Below are positions 39,664 to 51,635 of a stretch of 51,635 nucleotides of DNA, one piece after another (position 1 is the stretch's first letter; every line of letters begins with the position of its first letter). The translations under genes and the position numbers were made by a program. Source of the DNA: Sphaeroforma arctica JP610 (Eukaryota); the NCBI RefSeq assembly GCF_001186125.1, contig NW_014040550.1, positions 1 to 51,635 of the forward strand, read 5' to 3'. Below the pieces are notes generated by a model. That model searched no databases. It was not told the DNA's origin and was given only the letters and a program-made list of their open reading frames with translations.

Positions 39664-41415
39664 ATGCATGACGACACTATACACGCAGACACTTTGCACG
39701 CAGACACTGTGTACGCAGAAACTGTACACGCAGAAACTGTACACGCAGCCGCCACACATTGCGATGAGGTGGAAAGCGGCGAAGCGATGACAAGCAAACA
39801 TTTTACTGCCAAAGCTACACCCCCAAGTAGTTCAGACGGTTGTATGAGTGGTAGAATTGGTTCCAGCTTGGAATTGACTACGTCTCGAGACGTTGGGAGA
39901 AATAGAAACAAAGGTGGTAACCCATACGCACCATCATGCGAGTATGCAGCGCAAGTCGAGCCAGGATGTATTAAGAATAATAACACGAGTATAGTAGGCA
40001 ACCCCTATGCACCTGCGTGCGAATATACACCTCAGATCAATACCGAATCTACCAGAAATAGTGTCATGAATAGCAACAGAAATAGTGCTGTATCGACAGT
40101 AAAATCTCCGCGGAGAGGAGATCATAATCACATATTACACGAGGGCCACAACAGGACAAATCAAACAGATATTAGGAGAGATAGGGCCGAGAAAGCGGAT
40201 ACACTGTCCCAATTCTCAAAGCAAAGTTTCTGGTTGGTGCTTCTATACTCATTTTTAATCACCTTCGCATTCACCATTACCAATCTAGTTCTTCTCTCTG
40301 GCTCTGAGGAGTGCAACCCCCATTACGCGCTCAGCATTACTATTGTAAGCGTCAGTGGCGTTCTGCATCTGTGCACAGTCAGTATATACATTTGGCAAGT
40401 GCACAAACATAGAGAGAATATCTTTATCAGGTCCCGTGGAAAGCAATTTCTTCTTCAGATCTGTATCCTTTCCCCGTGTGTGATTGTGTTCTCCACGTTA
40501 CTATCACTGACCTACTTGGGTGCACTTTCAGGTGTGTGCATCTATTCTAATGCAGCGCCCTGGGATGGTGCGTCCGATGCCGTGCTGTTTGCGCTATACA
40601 CAGTTGTACGGCTCGTGACCACCATGTTCTTATCCGCGATCATCGCACGCCAGCGGCTGCTGTACCTCCTTTTTATACACAAAGCTACACGCGCATATTC
40701 TAAAAAGGCCCTCTCAAGGCAATACTTGTACACTAACCTGTGTATATTGGGAGCGTTCTTGGTTGCCGAGGTTCCGTATTTTGTGATAGTGATCAAAGAT
40801 GGAAAGGGTGAGAATGGTGCACCTATTGGTGCTGCTTTGATTAGTCAAGTTGGGTTCGTCGCGATACTACTGTGTGTGTTCAGTTTCTACGCGTACAAAA
40901 CCAGGAAGATCGAGCTGACCTTCTCCGACTGGGGTGCCAACGTACGAGTGCTGTGTATGTTCACCGTCACGAATATTATACTGGCTGTACTTCTATCTGT
41001 TAAGGGTGCCAATCTCGCGCTAGGGCTGTTCTCCGGTGCCGTAGAGATGTTTGTCGCGACGGCGTACATTATGGACTCATTCTCGGCTCTTCTTGTGTCC
41101 ATTTACTATGGTATTGAACGCACGGTCGTCCCGGCAGCGGTACAGTTGCCCTCGCTCTCCACAAACCTTCGGAGTGCCTCTCGCGCTATGAGAGCTAACC
41201 GACGCAGTGATGATACAGAGGTTGGTAGAGGGAAGACGCTAGCAACAATTGCCAGCGCTGTAAGCCACGAATTCAGCGATGAGCAAATGGGAGGTAGTAC
41301 GGGTGTTCCACAGGCGCCAGTCGATGCACAAATTCACGCGGACATGCACATGCACCTGAGTAATACTGCGACCATGCCGGTGGTTTTTGAGAGAAGTACA
41401 GATGAAACGAGCTGA
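39664..41415 (+). CDS. Intronless multi-pass membrane protein, class C (7tm_3)-like GPCR with an extra N-terminal TM
   Basis: 583-aa ORF with about eight hydrophobic segments. Loops HRENIFIRSRG..FL, IIARQRLLYLLF and AYKTRKIELTFSD resemble class C / GABA-B-like 7TM loops. The frame is open back to 39565, so an upstream exon is possible. Confidence 0.65.
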   Translation: MHDDTIHADTLHADTVYAETVHAETVHAAATHCDEVESGEAMTSKHFTAKATPPSSSDGCMSGRIGSSLELTTSRDVGRNRNKGGNPYAPSCEYAAQVEPGCIKNNNTSIVGNPYAPACEYTPQINTESTRNSVMNSNRNSAVSTVKSPRRGDHNHILHEGHNRTNQTDIRRDRAEKADTLSQFSKQSFWLVLLYSFLITFAFTITNLVLLSGSEECNPHYALSITIVSVSGVLHLCTVSIYIWQVHKHRENIFIRSRGKQFLLQICILSPCVIVFSTLLSLTYLGALSGVCIYSNAAPWDGASDAVLFALYTVVRLVTTMFLSAIIARQRLLYLLFIHKATRAYSKKALSRQYLYTNLCILGAFLVAEVPYFVIVIKDGKGENGAPIGAALISQVGFVAILLCVFSFYAYKTRKIELTFSDWGANVRVLCMFTVTNIILAVLLSVKGANLALGLFSGAVEMFVATAYIMDSFSALLVSIYYGIERTVVPAAVQLPSLSTNLRSASRAMRANRRSDDTEVGRGKTLATIASAVSHEFSDEQMGGSTGVPQAPVDAQIHADMHMHLSNTATMPVVFERSTDETS

Positions 41416-42568
41416 GCAGAGGTTGTACTTTGCACATGGAAATACAAGATTATCCTCAAATGATAGAATACCGAAGATTGGCACACGAGGAAAGATGCCG
41501 AACCAAAAGCTGGGGTTATCATCTTCATAACAAATAGAAGACCAGAATGCAAAGCCTTGAGGATGTGGACGCTCCACACGCCTGAAGAGCATCAAATCTT
41601 TTCAATATCGACAAAATAACAATCGAACATCCAGAGCGGTGAAATGCAACCTCATCGATACTTGTAAGATTTAGAACCGTTAGCTTAGTATGTCGAGCGA
41701 GCACAAACTGCTTGCCATTGCATATGCCTGGTATATAAATTAGGTTCTTCGGTAGATCTGGGCCTCCTCGTCTTATTATGCGCAGCCATTTATAAGGCAA
41801 CGCTACGAGCTGAAGGTAAACCACAAATCGTGTGAAGTCACGAACAAACATTAAATCTCCGTGGAGAGATTTCTCCGACGTAGCAGAGTAACTTGTATTT
41901 GTACAATTTGGATCTATTTGGTGTGGGTTTATTAAGGTTAGTTTTTCGCCTCAGCCTTGTTCACAGAAAGGCGTACGCGCAGACTTAAAGACAGTTAGGA
42001 ATATTCACGCTCACTTGTCATTTTCTTCGGTTCTTGAGAGTTGACGTTTCTACTAGAACCCCACTGAGTCGATTTTTCATCCGCTGAGATTCTCACTACT
42101 ATCAAATTATGAATGCATAACAAGAAGTTCGAAAACTGGCCCAGCATCAGTAGCGGTGTATCTTCAAATCCTCCTATGGGGTATCTTTGTAGTCTTAATG
42201 GATGTTATTTCAACTCTTGTCTTGTGTGGTGATAAATTACATACAATAAAAATTACATAGCTCGACACATTCCACGCTCATTGTACACATCTCGACGAAA
42301 TAACTACGTTATAATAAGCGTGCGAATTCCAGAGGCAGATGATAAACATATTCTCGAGAGTTTTTGATCATATACATCCCTGCAAAGAGCTCCCTACAGT
42401 GGATCTTAGCTATGGGCGTGAGTAGTAGCTATAGCAAACTTCAGCGAACAGACTTCAATTTTATCAATTATGCATACCGAGGTCCCATAAGCCTTAACTG
42501 CCTAGAATTTGAACTTTTACTTTGTTGGCAATCAACACTGGGGCCTATGATGTGTATTAAATTTAAGA

Positions 42569-45500
42569 TTACTTTGGTTTGCTGAGACTCGCAATTAACT
42601 CCACTTCTTCATCCCAATACGAAGGGAGCGCACACCACGGGTTGGGCATACCCAAATCGGTCACAAATATTCCAACAAACTGTGATGCAAGTGACAGGTA
42701 CATCATTGGATGAGAGAGAGCGCAAGTAAAACTGATTTCTTCACAGCTGACAAGATCTTGAATTGGACACGAAAACGTGAACGAACTACGAGACAAGCCG
42801 TGGGTATATCGGGGTGTGTAACCAACGTGCATGTGCGCGCACAAATACATCACTAAACTTGCGGCGCACTGTGAGTGTACCTTTGAACTATAAATGAACA
42901 CGATGCTTTTGCTTACAAAATGGTATTTCGTGATAACTGACATGATCGAAGCCTTTTATATAGTATTCTCGATGCGTTTGTCTTATGAAAAATATATCGA
43001 GACTGTGCTTCTTGTTTTTATCTATATATGTTAAACAGGAACTGCATGGGCCTGCTCAATTGTCGATGCAAGTAACTGCATGGGCCTATTGAATTGTTGA
43101 TGTAATTGGAATCGTCAATGTGCACTTGTTTAAAACCATACCTCTGAAGCAGCCGCTTTTTTTACCGCTTTTGTCATATCTTTTGCCGTAGGGCAAGTGT
43201 GTAGCAGTGCGAGTGATTTCTCTCGCGCACCAGAAAGATGCGCTTGTTGAAAATCCTACAAATATTCAATGAAGTTAGAACATGGCTTTCGTATAAAAAA
43301 ACATAATGATGGCCATCAGAATAAATAAAGAACACGTATTTCTGTATACTCGTTATCCACGGCAGGATCAGTACCAACAGTGCTAGAGCTGGTAGATACA
43401 ACTCGCTGGGAATTTAGAAAGCTACTCCAGCGAGAAGAAAGCTATTAACAATACTTGCGCAGAACTTTCGATCGAGTTTGCCTTGTAAGTAGCACAGAGG
43501 ACTGGAGTGAGCGCAAATTCATTCAAGGCGCGATTAATCTGTTGGCGTTCAAGCGTATTAGTTCTTGTACAAGTAACATTTTTTGGTAGTAGACGGTGAA
43601 GATGTGTACAAACATATCTTCACGGCATACGGGATACGGCTTTTTAAGCTGCAATCGAAACACTTACGCTGATTTGGAGCATGCAATAGTGGTTTATGCC
43701 AAGCTTGAAACCTATGCACGAACAAGACCCCTCCACAACCGATCTGTACTGTAGACAATAATACATACCACACTAGCTCTCGCACATGTACACATACCTT
43801 CCAGTAGTTTTCACACGTTACCAGGTTATCACATGCATCGTAGTAGCTGTCGTGCGGTTCAACGCCTGTGCAAATGCAAACCCCCATGATTGCAAGTAAG
43901 TACTAGTAATGAAACAGTAGCTTGTATTTACATCGCTACAGAGTAAGAATTTGAACAAATTTAATGTTCAACGTCGTGGAAACTCACATTGCATGCTCAT
44001 GAATTAAACAAATATGATGCAGCACTGATTCGTAAAAGCCGACTGATTGTTCGATTTTGCAAGTGGGCCCGTACCAGTATTTAATATGACAGACTTCATC
44101 CGCGGGCTGTCAGGCACATGAAATTCCTTGATGTATGTGTTGAGACTATTATAATATGATACAATATGGTGCTCCGAGGATCCCTGTGAGTTTGTTGCAA
44201 ACAAGAGTTGTATTTAAGTACCTCACCTACACGTTCTGAGGCAGTCACACGATCAGTAAGAAGCCAGATGATAGAAACAATTGATACCCGTACAGCGAAG
44301 TTGTAACAAAATGTCAAATTCTAAGATCGGCACAACGCAGATGGATAAGCATCTATTTTTACTTCACAGAAGCACAATAGATTGAAGTTGTCATTCATAA
44401 TTGAAACTCGAAACATCGGAATAAAACGTACCTCGTCTAGAAAGATACCGTCGACTGCATACCATTCAGAAAAAGCTTTGATTTCTGAGCTGACCAGGTC
44501 TTTGTCGCGCTGTCCATACTGTGTGTGCACATAGCCGAAAATCTGACAAACCGAAATTCCAAGTTTAAGTTTTTCGGCCATTCTCGGATTACAATCTAAC
44601 ATAAATTCGCACTAGCTTTGTTTGAGAATTGAGACTGTAAATGAAAAAAATAATCCGCATAAGAAGACACGCTATTGACAGCACCTCTATTCCTGCATCC
44701 CTCAGCATAGCCACACCGGCCACATAATCTGCGATATGAATCGAGAGTAGGGTTATTTGAACAGGCAGCTATATAATGGTGAATGTATAGGGAGTAAAAT
44801 AAACGCCCACAAGCATTCAATTGTAACATAAACACCGCATAATTTCTGATTTGCTTCACTTGCATGTTCAACCGCTGACAAGTTCGATTTCATCAATACA
44901 TTCACAAGATTTGTACCCAACTTAACTCTCATGGATTTTGTTTTGTGTGTAGATTTGGGTGTATTTATTCTCGAAACTATATCCTTGAACTTCGAAAACC
45001 ACTGAAACAATCAAGAGGTTATAGGACTCGAATCGATCAATTTGGAACGTGATTTACAGAAATACATTTTGTCGGCCCAGAATTTTTGTAACTTGACAGG
45101 TATCGTTAAGGATCCAAAATTTGGCTACACACCTATTAACTCTAAAGATAGTTTATCTATGTTTGCAACACGATTGAAAGAAAACAGCATTGCTTTTTTG
45201 GTGTCTAAAACATGTTCCCCTGAACACACGTTTTTATTTGCGTATATCTGTAGATGTGCATATAGATAAGTATATACATACATGGTCAGCACAACCGTAC
45301 ATATATATATACACACAAAGTAAACCTCGGAATAAACGCAACACGTCGTGGGATATTTGCATCATATCTTTGAACATAGAAACACTTACTTAAATGCTAA
45401 TAGAAGCACATCAAGAAGATGGGATTTATTCATACGATCGGTATGCTCACTTTATACATATCACTANATGCATACACGGAATTTGAATTCAAATATTCGT

Positions 45501-46883
45501 GTANNNNNNNNNNNNNNNNNNNNNNNNNNNNNNNNNNNNNNNNNNNNNNNNNNNNNNNNNNNNNNNNNNNNNNNNNNNNNNNNNNNNNNNNNNNNNNNNN
45601 NNNNNNNNNNNNNNNNNNNNNNNNNNNNNNNNNNNNNNNNNNNNNNNNNNNNNNNNNNNNNNNNNNNNNNNNNNNNNNNNNNNNNNNNNNNNNNNNNNNN
45701 NNNNNNNNNNNNNNNNNNNNNNNNNNNNNNNNNNNNNNNNNNNNNNNNNNNNNNNNNNNNNNNNNNNNNNNNNNNNNNNNNNNNNNNNNNNNNNNNNNNN
45801 NNNNNNNNNNNNNNNNNNNNNNNNNNNNNNNNNNNNNNNNNNNNNNNNNNNNNNNNNNNNNNNNNNNNNNNNNNNNATATATTTATATATATAAATATAT
45901 AGCGACTATGTAAGCAATGCCATGCCATGCGATGTGATGCCATGAACGGCATAAACATCAGTCTCGGCGATATGAATAGATAACCGTTGATAATACGAGA
46001 AATACGTGCAAACTATTAAATGCCATAGATATACACGTACCCTCAATAAACTATTAAAGCAAGATTTCAAGAGAATTCGAATCATAGTAGTGGCAAATAT
46101 ACGCATCTTCAATTTTAGACACGGTCGTCTGTACAATCATAAGACCACACATACATGAATAGCTTTGTTTATAACTTTCAATTTATCTGTTCTGTCGATA
46201 TTTCTACCATAAAGTACATATGAAAACATCTATTTCCAAATATATGATATACATATTGCAAAGTATGATCTTTCAACAATCTCATGACATGTACTATCAA
46301 ATACGCAGTAAAGCTCATAATGCACAACTAAATTGACGATTCGATTTTGTTCTTAATGGCAATGTTTTAAACAGAGATGCCAGGTGATGTACAGACATGG
46401 ATCCAACGGTATTTCGTGCAAAGTGGCGACTGGACGCAAAGTTGCGATTACAATATGGCGAATAGTAATATAATGTTGATAGCCATTTTACCTTTAGAAT
46501 TTGGAACATATAAACCCATTCCTCGATTGTATAAATTTATGCAAGCTATTTGGATCAAAGGTTAAGCTCTAATCGGCTGGATTGTGTGGTCAGCTACCAC
46601 GGACGTGGTCTTGCTTGTGAAAGTTTAGAAGTGTAGTGACGTATATGCTAGTGTAAATGCTTACACATAGCGATAATGAAAACTTACCAGAATTGAGAGC
46701 ATCACCGGGGCCCGAGTTTGGGTTTATTATTGCTACTATGTCCACTTTTGATGAGCTTTGTGCAAGTCTGTGCCATTCAGATCCTTCTTGTATGCTTGGG
46801 TATATGTATAGTGGAATCACTATTGTGATTTTATGATTGCTGACTTCATCACGAACTTTCCTTCTAGTGAATTTCTTGAACAT
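42569..46883 (-). CDS. Spherulation-specific family 4 (spherulin-4 / GH135) protein, 7 exons, 250 aa
   Basis: In-phase exons 46883-46688, 44728-44685, 44542-44432, 44183-44075, 43865-43798, 43255-43142 and 42679-42569. Motifs IVIPLYIYP, IVAIINPNSGPG, IFGYVHTQYG.R, VDGIFLDE, VILNTG, VTCEN, VTD...PNPW..LPSYW. Confidence 0.9.
43041..43108 (+). repeat. Diverged 34-bp tandem duplication (ACTGCATGGGCCT...AATTGTYGATGYAA) in a spherulin intron
   Basis: Two copies read directly. Confidence 0.75.
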
Positions 46884-48963
46884 AATTGTCACACTGTCAC
46901 AGTGTTTTGTGGAGCGGATGTATATTCTAGTGGCGTGTCCGGATGCCAACATGCCATTTAAATATTTTAACTCGCATATAAATGTACAAATTATCATAAA
47001 TATTTATGGTTGAAGACTATCTCTAAATACTGGAGAGAAAGAGAGTATGTATTTAGATTGTAGAAGTAAATACTCCATCGGCCAGCAAATCAGTTGCTTT
47101 ATGGAGCCCGCCTGATTTTCATCGTTCAATATAATTAGAATTGCTTATTCCTGTTCATGTGGAATGGCTAGGAGTATGGTAATGGGACTCTGGGAAGCCC
47201 CCCTACGGGCCCTACCGGCCTACCCCGACAAACGGCTGACCAGGACCTGCGCAGTTAGTCTGTGATCGAGAGATGTTTTTAATTTCAATCACGAATGCTT
47301 TGGAGCGTGGCTGGCACGCTATACATTCAACTTTAAATAGAAAACAAAGGGCTTCACCAGCAGAGAGTTTACCAATTGCAAAGGTGACAAATATATTGTC
47401 TTCGCATGAAGAGCGAAGTATCGTTGAAAAGCTTGACGCATTGTACGCCGGTGAAGAAATCATTCGCAACCGACACTGATTTCAAAAGTGCTTCTGGGCG
47501 AGTTCAAAATGGGACGGCTACATGTTTTTTTAAATACCAACAGAGTATAACACAAAATATATCAGCCTTTGGAAATGGCCTTGTGCCTCACTGTGTATCA
47601 TTTAATCGGGTGAAGGGTGTTGAACCACGCCTTAAAAACTGCTGCTAGCATGGCTCATTCGGCTCAGCGTGAGTTTCTTCAGTTCTTGACCCTTGGATCG
47701 TATGAATCATGCATCCACTTCAAGATAAATACTGAAAATATGTAGTTGAGTGACCGTTCGTCGCAATCCAAGTGAAGTTTCATGTGAAAATTGGGTGTCA
47801 GCAAAAAAATTATACTCCCTTAATTCTCAATCTACGGGTACATGCAATTGTATCCTTGGTAATCGGTCCTGATGTGGGAGATAAATGTTGTGTTTTGCTC
47901 TAGTGATGTGTTGCGACGCAACCATACACTGTACTAACTGGTAAAACCTGGTAGTTTGTATTCTGCGATGATATACTTCAGCACGCCCAATCTATCCATA
48001 ACTAACCGACAGTTCCCGCTTTGTTTGTATTGAATATCTTAAATTTCGAAGTGTAGGGTTGAAAGCAGCGAGTTCTGATTGATATTAAACTAAAAGTATT
48101 GTACAAATCCACCCTCTACTCTAAAAGATGAGGCGTGAGCAAATTTTTAAAGCGTGGACTATATTCTTCAAAGCAAAATGTTAAAGCGTGAATTGTATTC
48201 TTGTAATAAATAAATATAGTTAATATACTATTTATGTGATTATCACCCGAGCCATGTGGGACTTCAAAGAATGGTGACTATCGGATAGAGCTTGTGCAGG
48301 GCAAAAAAATACCTATCGATGCGCTATCAAAGACGACAAGCGGCTCGAGAACAATTGATTCAAATTTTGGCTTAGACAATGCTCGATATTACATCAGTAA
48401 CTTTCAGATATTATAATAGCTGATGAGGGTGGTTTTTTATTTAAATTCTGTGTAGAACTCGTGGTAAGCTTTTTGTATGTGTATTCGGAGGTGCGCTTTA
48501 ACGTCACTACATACGAGGTAAAAAGGGTACAAATTGTGAACTTGCCTGTTCTCAACTTGGCACACCTGCCATTTTTTGTTATTTGTTTTCTATGGTGGCA
48601 CACATTTTGTGTCTGCAAGACAATATCATCGCACGCATATTCGCATGATGCACCATGCCTTGTTTAAAACAAGACGGATTTTGACATGATGGGGTATGAT
48701 CCTAGATTTTCCCGATTAGTTTCAGAACACCGAACGCGGTGACTAGCCCCAGTGCTACATATAGCTTCTTCTCGGTAGATGCGTTTTCCTGCGTCTGGAA
48801 AACGAGATCAGATTCTAATTTCATTGGGAAAAGAAATATAGGCTATTAAATTTGGATACGCACGTATACAAAGGGCCCGGTTTCCTAAAAAGGTCGACGA
48901 ATTCAAGTCAATCACATTCACAGCCAATAGCAATGATACAGACTATCTCAGCAAAGCACCTAC

Positions 48964-50991
48964 CAGCATCTTAATTTCTGCTTTTGTTGCTGCAATTTGT
49001 TTCTCCATGTGGTGAGAATTCGTTTGAGAAGTATTCAAGGCGATACTCATGTCTTTCAATTCTATGTTGTAACGAGATAGTTCGGTCTCGAGTTCAACGG
49101 CGTGTGCTTCAGATCTGTGTGCATCATTCTTCGTCTGAGTCAAGGTAGGTACAGATATGGACAAACAAATTTTAGGAACAATGTGCAGAATTTCCTTTCA
49201 GGATGGTAATCTTGGGTGCGTGGAATTATAAATGTTTCGGTTAGATATAGCTATAGAAAAATCGGATTATGCTCGAAGTGTGTCCGAAAATTCATACCGC
49301 CGTAGTGCCGAGCTCAATGTTGCAGCCGCCTTCTTACTTTTCTCCGAATCGTCTGTTATAAACTTGATATCTTTTTGTAGCTCTGTAATCCTCCCCGTTT
49401 TACTTCGCAGTAGCCACGCTCGTTGATAGGTACGCACTATCCTTCTCATTTATTGTGAAGTTGCTCTCTTTCTTGTTACCAACTTCCGTTTCATTAGCGG
49501 GACACAATATTGTCAGGAGATCATGCCAGAATTTCTTTCTCCCAGCTTTTTTAGCCTCGCCAAAACCCTCCTTAGCATAGTGCAAAGGTGTTTTGCCCTC
49601 GATATCCTTTGCATATAAGTCAGCGCCATGTTGTTTCAACGCACGCGCACACTGCGCCCACACATCGTCGTCATGGCAACCAGATATACTCGAAGCGATG
49701 CTGTTTATACTAGAATTGCTTCCAAAATTTTCGCTTGTGGTCTCGAGTTGTGAAGTAGAGGATGTTCGACTGGGCATGCCACGAGTGACTTTCTCTGGTA
49801 CGAGCTTCTTTCTCTTACGCACTACTTCGTGCAGGGGGGTGCGGCCGTGCATTCGCTCGGGTTTGCTGGGATTTGCACCGTGACCTAGAACGAGCAGTTG
49901 CAATACACAATCAATATATTGGCGAATTGAAGCGCTACATATTTAGATCCGAGCATTTTGTAGATTGAAACGCTCGTAACACAGAAGCAACAAAAGAACC
50001 AGATCACACTGATACCCGAGAGGATACATTCACATGTATTTGTGTTCTACCAAATGAAAGTATGCCATACCTAGTATTGCGAACACGGCACCTACGTGTC
50101 CGCTAGAGGCTGCCAAATGTGGAGGTGACTTGCCCTCGTAGGTATCTCCCGGCTCCACACTCGCACCCGCAGAAACTAGCCTTTCAATTATTTCAGCCTG
50201 TATCAAGAATCTCGGCAGTTAGCATGTGCATGAGAATATTTGTTTATGTATGTGAAATTGTGTGCGGAATCTTTTTTCTATTTGTGTGTGAATTTATGCT
50301 CGTACGTTTATGTGTATACACTTGTTTAGCTGCGCTGGATGGAACTTACAAACACCACAATGGGCAAGCGCTCGATCGCTCATATGGTGGGCTTGAGCTA
50401 CTCTTGTCAAGATATGTACAGCTGAAGCATTGTTGAGGATTGATGGGCATGTGTTCCTATTAAACCATATGTACTATTCATTTGATGGAGAGGCTTCCAT
50501 ATTTGAACGTACAGTGCACTCGTGTTCTCGGTCAAAATGGAAATCCCGTATCTCGCATGGATAGATTGAGCACAACTTAAGTGGCGTCAATGCTAGTACA
50601 ATTTCGTTGAAAACGCGTGCCAAACATGGAATCTAACTTACAAGTACAGTACTAATGGTAGGAAAAGAACACGGCTTCTCCTGACCGTCAAAACACAGCT
50701 CAGAGAGGAGTTCGCGTCCTTCTTTTGAATTATGAACCAGATTACAAATTGTATACTATATTTCCTGTGTACCTCAGACGACATTTGCACAGACTGCATC
50801 CCTCAGTTTTCTCACCTTTCCACCCTGTGTGGCAATGTGCAAGGCAGTCTCTCCAACGCTATTTTTGTGGTTTACATCAGCTCCTAGCGAAATTACAGTA
50901 TCAACCACACCGGGCAGAGCATTTCTTACGGCCGCAAACAGGCAGGTCTCATTATTCGTAGAATCATCGTTCCAGTTGATATTTATGATTT
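48964..50991 (-). CDS. Ankyrin-repeat protein with coiled-coil C-terminus (partial; one exon disrupted, possibly a pseudogene)
   Basis: Exons 50991-50816, 50197-50071, 49884-49298 and 49134-48964. Ankyrin motifs GADVNHKNSVGETALHIA, GKSPPHLAASSGH, GRTPLHEVV, GADLYAKDIEGKTPLHYA. In-frame TAA at 49400-49402 and 49334-49336. True start and end not resolved. Confidence 0.75.
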
Positions 50992-51635
50992 CTGTACACA
51001 ACAACCAAATGTACTTGTAAACATGTAGGCATGAAACATAAACTCGAAAAGAGCGTACTTGACCATTTAAATGGGTTGATTTCTTTACCGTCTGTTTGTT
51101 TGACCTAGCTACTAAAAGCTTGAATCTAGCACATATGAAGATAAGCACTTGCCAGATATTGTCGAGACATAATGCAGTGGCTGTCATGGCGCCCGCTATG
51201 ATTAAGAGGACACTCAATAAATGTACATACTAACTGAACAGGTATCTGATTGCCGGAAAAGAATTAAGTGAGGTTAATGTTGCAACAAAACTTATGCAAT
51301 ACTATCGCTCATAACAGGTGCGATACGACCACATGGATCATGCCCATGATGGTATACTTCGTTCAGAAATGTAGGTAATGTCATGGTTTTACCTGCCTAC
51401 TCAGAAAGGAGATTCACAAGTTTTGATTGGAAAATAAAGCATTTCAAAACAGCTTGGGGTCGTCTACCTTGCCCAAAACTCATTTTTAAAAACCCTACCA
51501 AACAACATATACCAGCGTCGATTCCTGAGTATGATAGTGCAGCTTTTGACCGTGTGTGCATGACCTATTCGGTCATTTCTATCTACATAGCGTACATACT
51601 GCCCGTTCCTAACCATACCGTACTTTGGAAGACAT

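Noticed and set aside
43558..43745. Apparent extra spherulin exon IGCGGVLFVHRFQAW...
   Set aside because: Skipping it joins 43798 to 43255 in phase and restores the family alignment.
47273..47648. Plus-strand ORFs of 68 and 80 aa
   Set aside because: No recognisable motif or splice chain; cannot be supported.
47910..47922. Palindrome GTTGCGACGCAAC sharing 12 nt with 30719-30730
   Set aside because: Only two short matches with no shared flanking sequence; likely chance.

Overview
Intron-rich eukaryotic genomic DNA with GT-AG introns, (AT)n/(CA)n microsatellites and five N-gaps. Gene content and sequence style suggest a unicellular opisthokont such as an ichthyosporean (inference only). Spliced models reconstructed by hand give: a partial hypothetical gene, intronless cystinosin, an apparently disabled GT47/exostosin glycosyltransferase, an Unkempt-type CCCH zinc-finger gene, POLR3F/RPC6, PLPBP/YggS, a two-finger CCCH protein, an LLP-like protein, an NmrA-like protein, an intronless 8-TM class-C-like GPCR, a spherulin-4/GH135 hydrolase and an ankyrin/coiled-coil gene with a disrupted exon. 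The most notable signals are a ~290 bp foldback MITE with an 8-9 bp target-site duplication in PLPBP intron 1, short-motif 'stutter' tracts (TCAG/CCAG/CCACA) upstream of several genes, the ectodomain-less receptor, and paired compensating frameshifts in two genes. I found no clear multi-gene novel system, no RNA genes and no CRISPR array.
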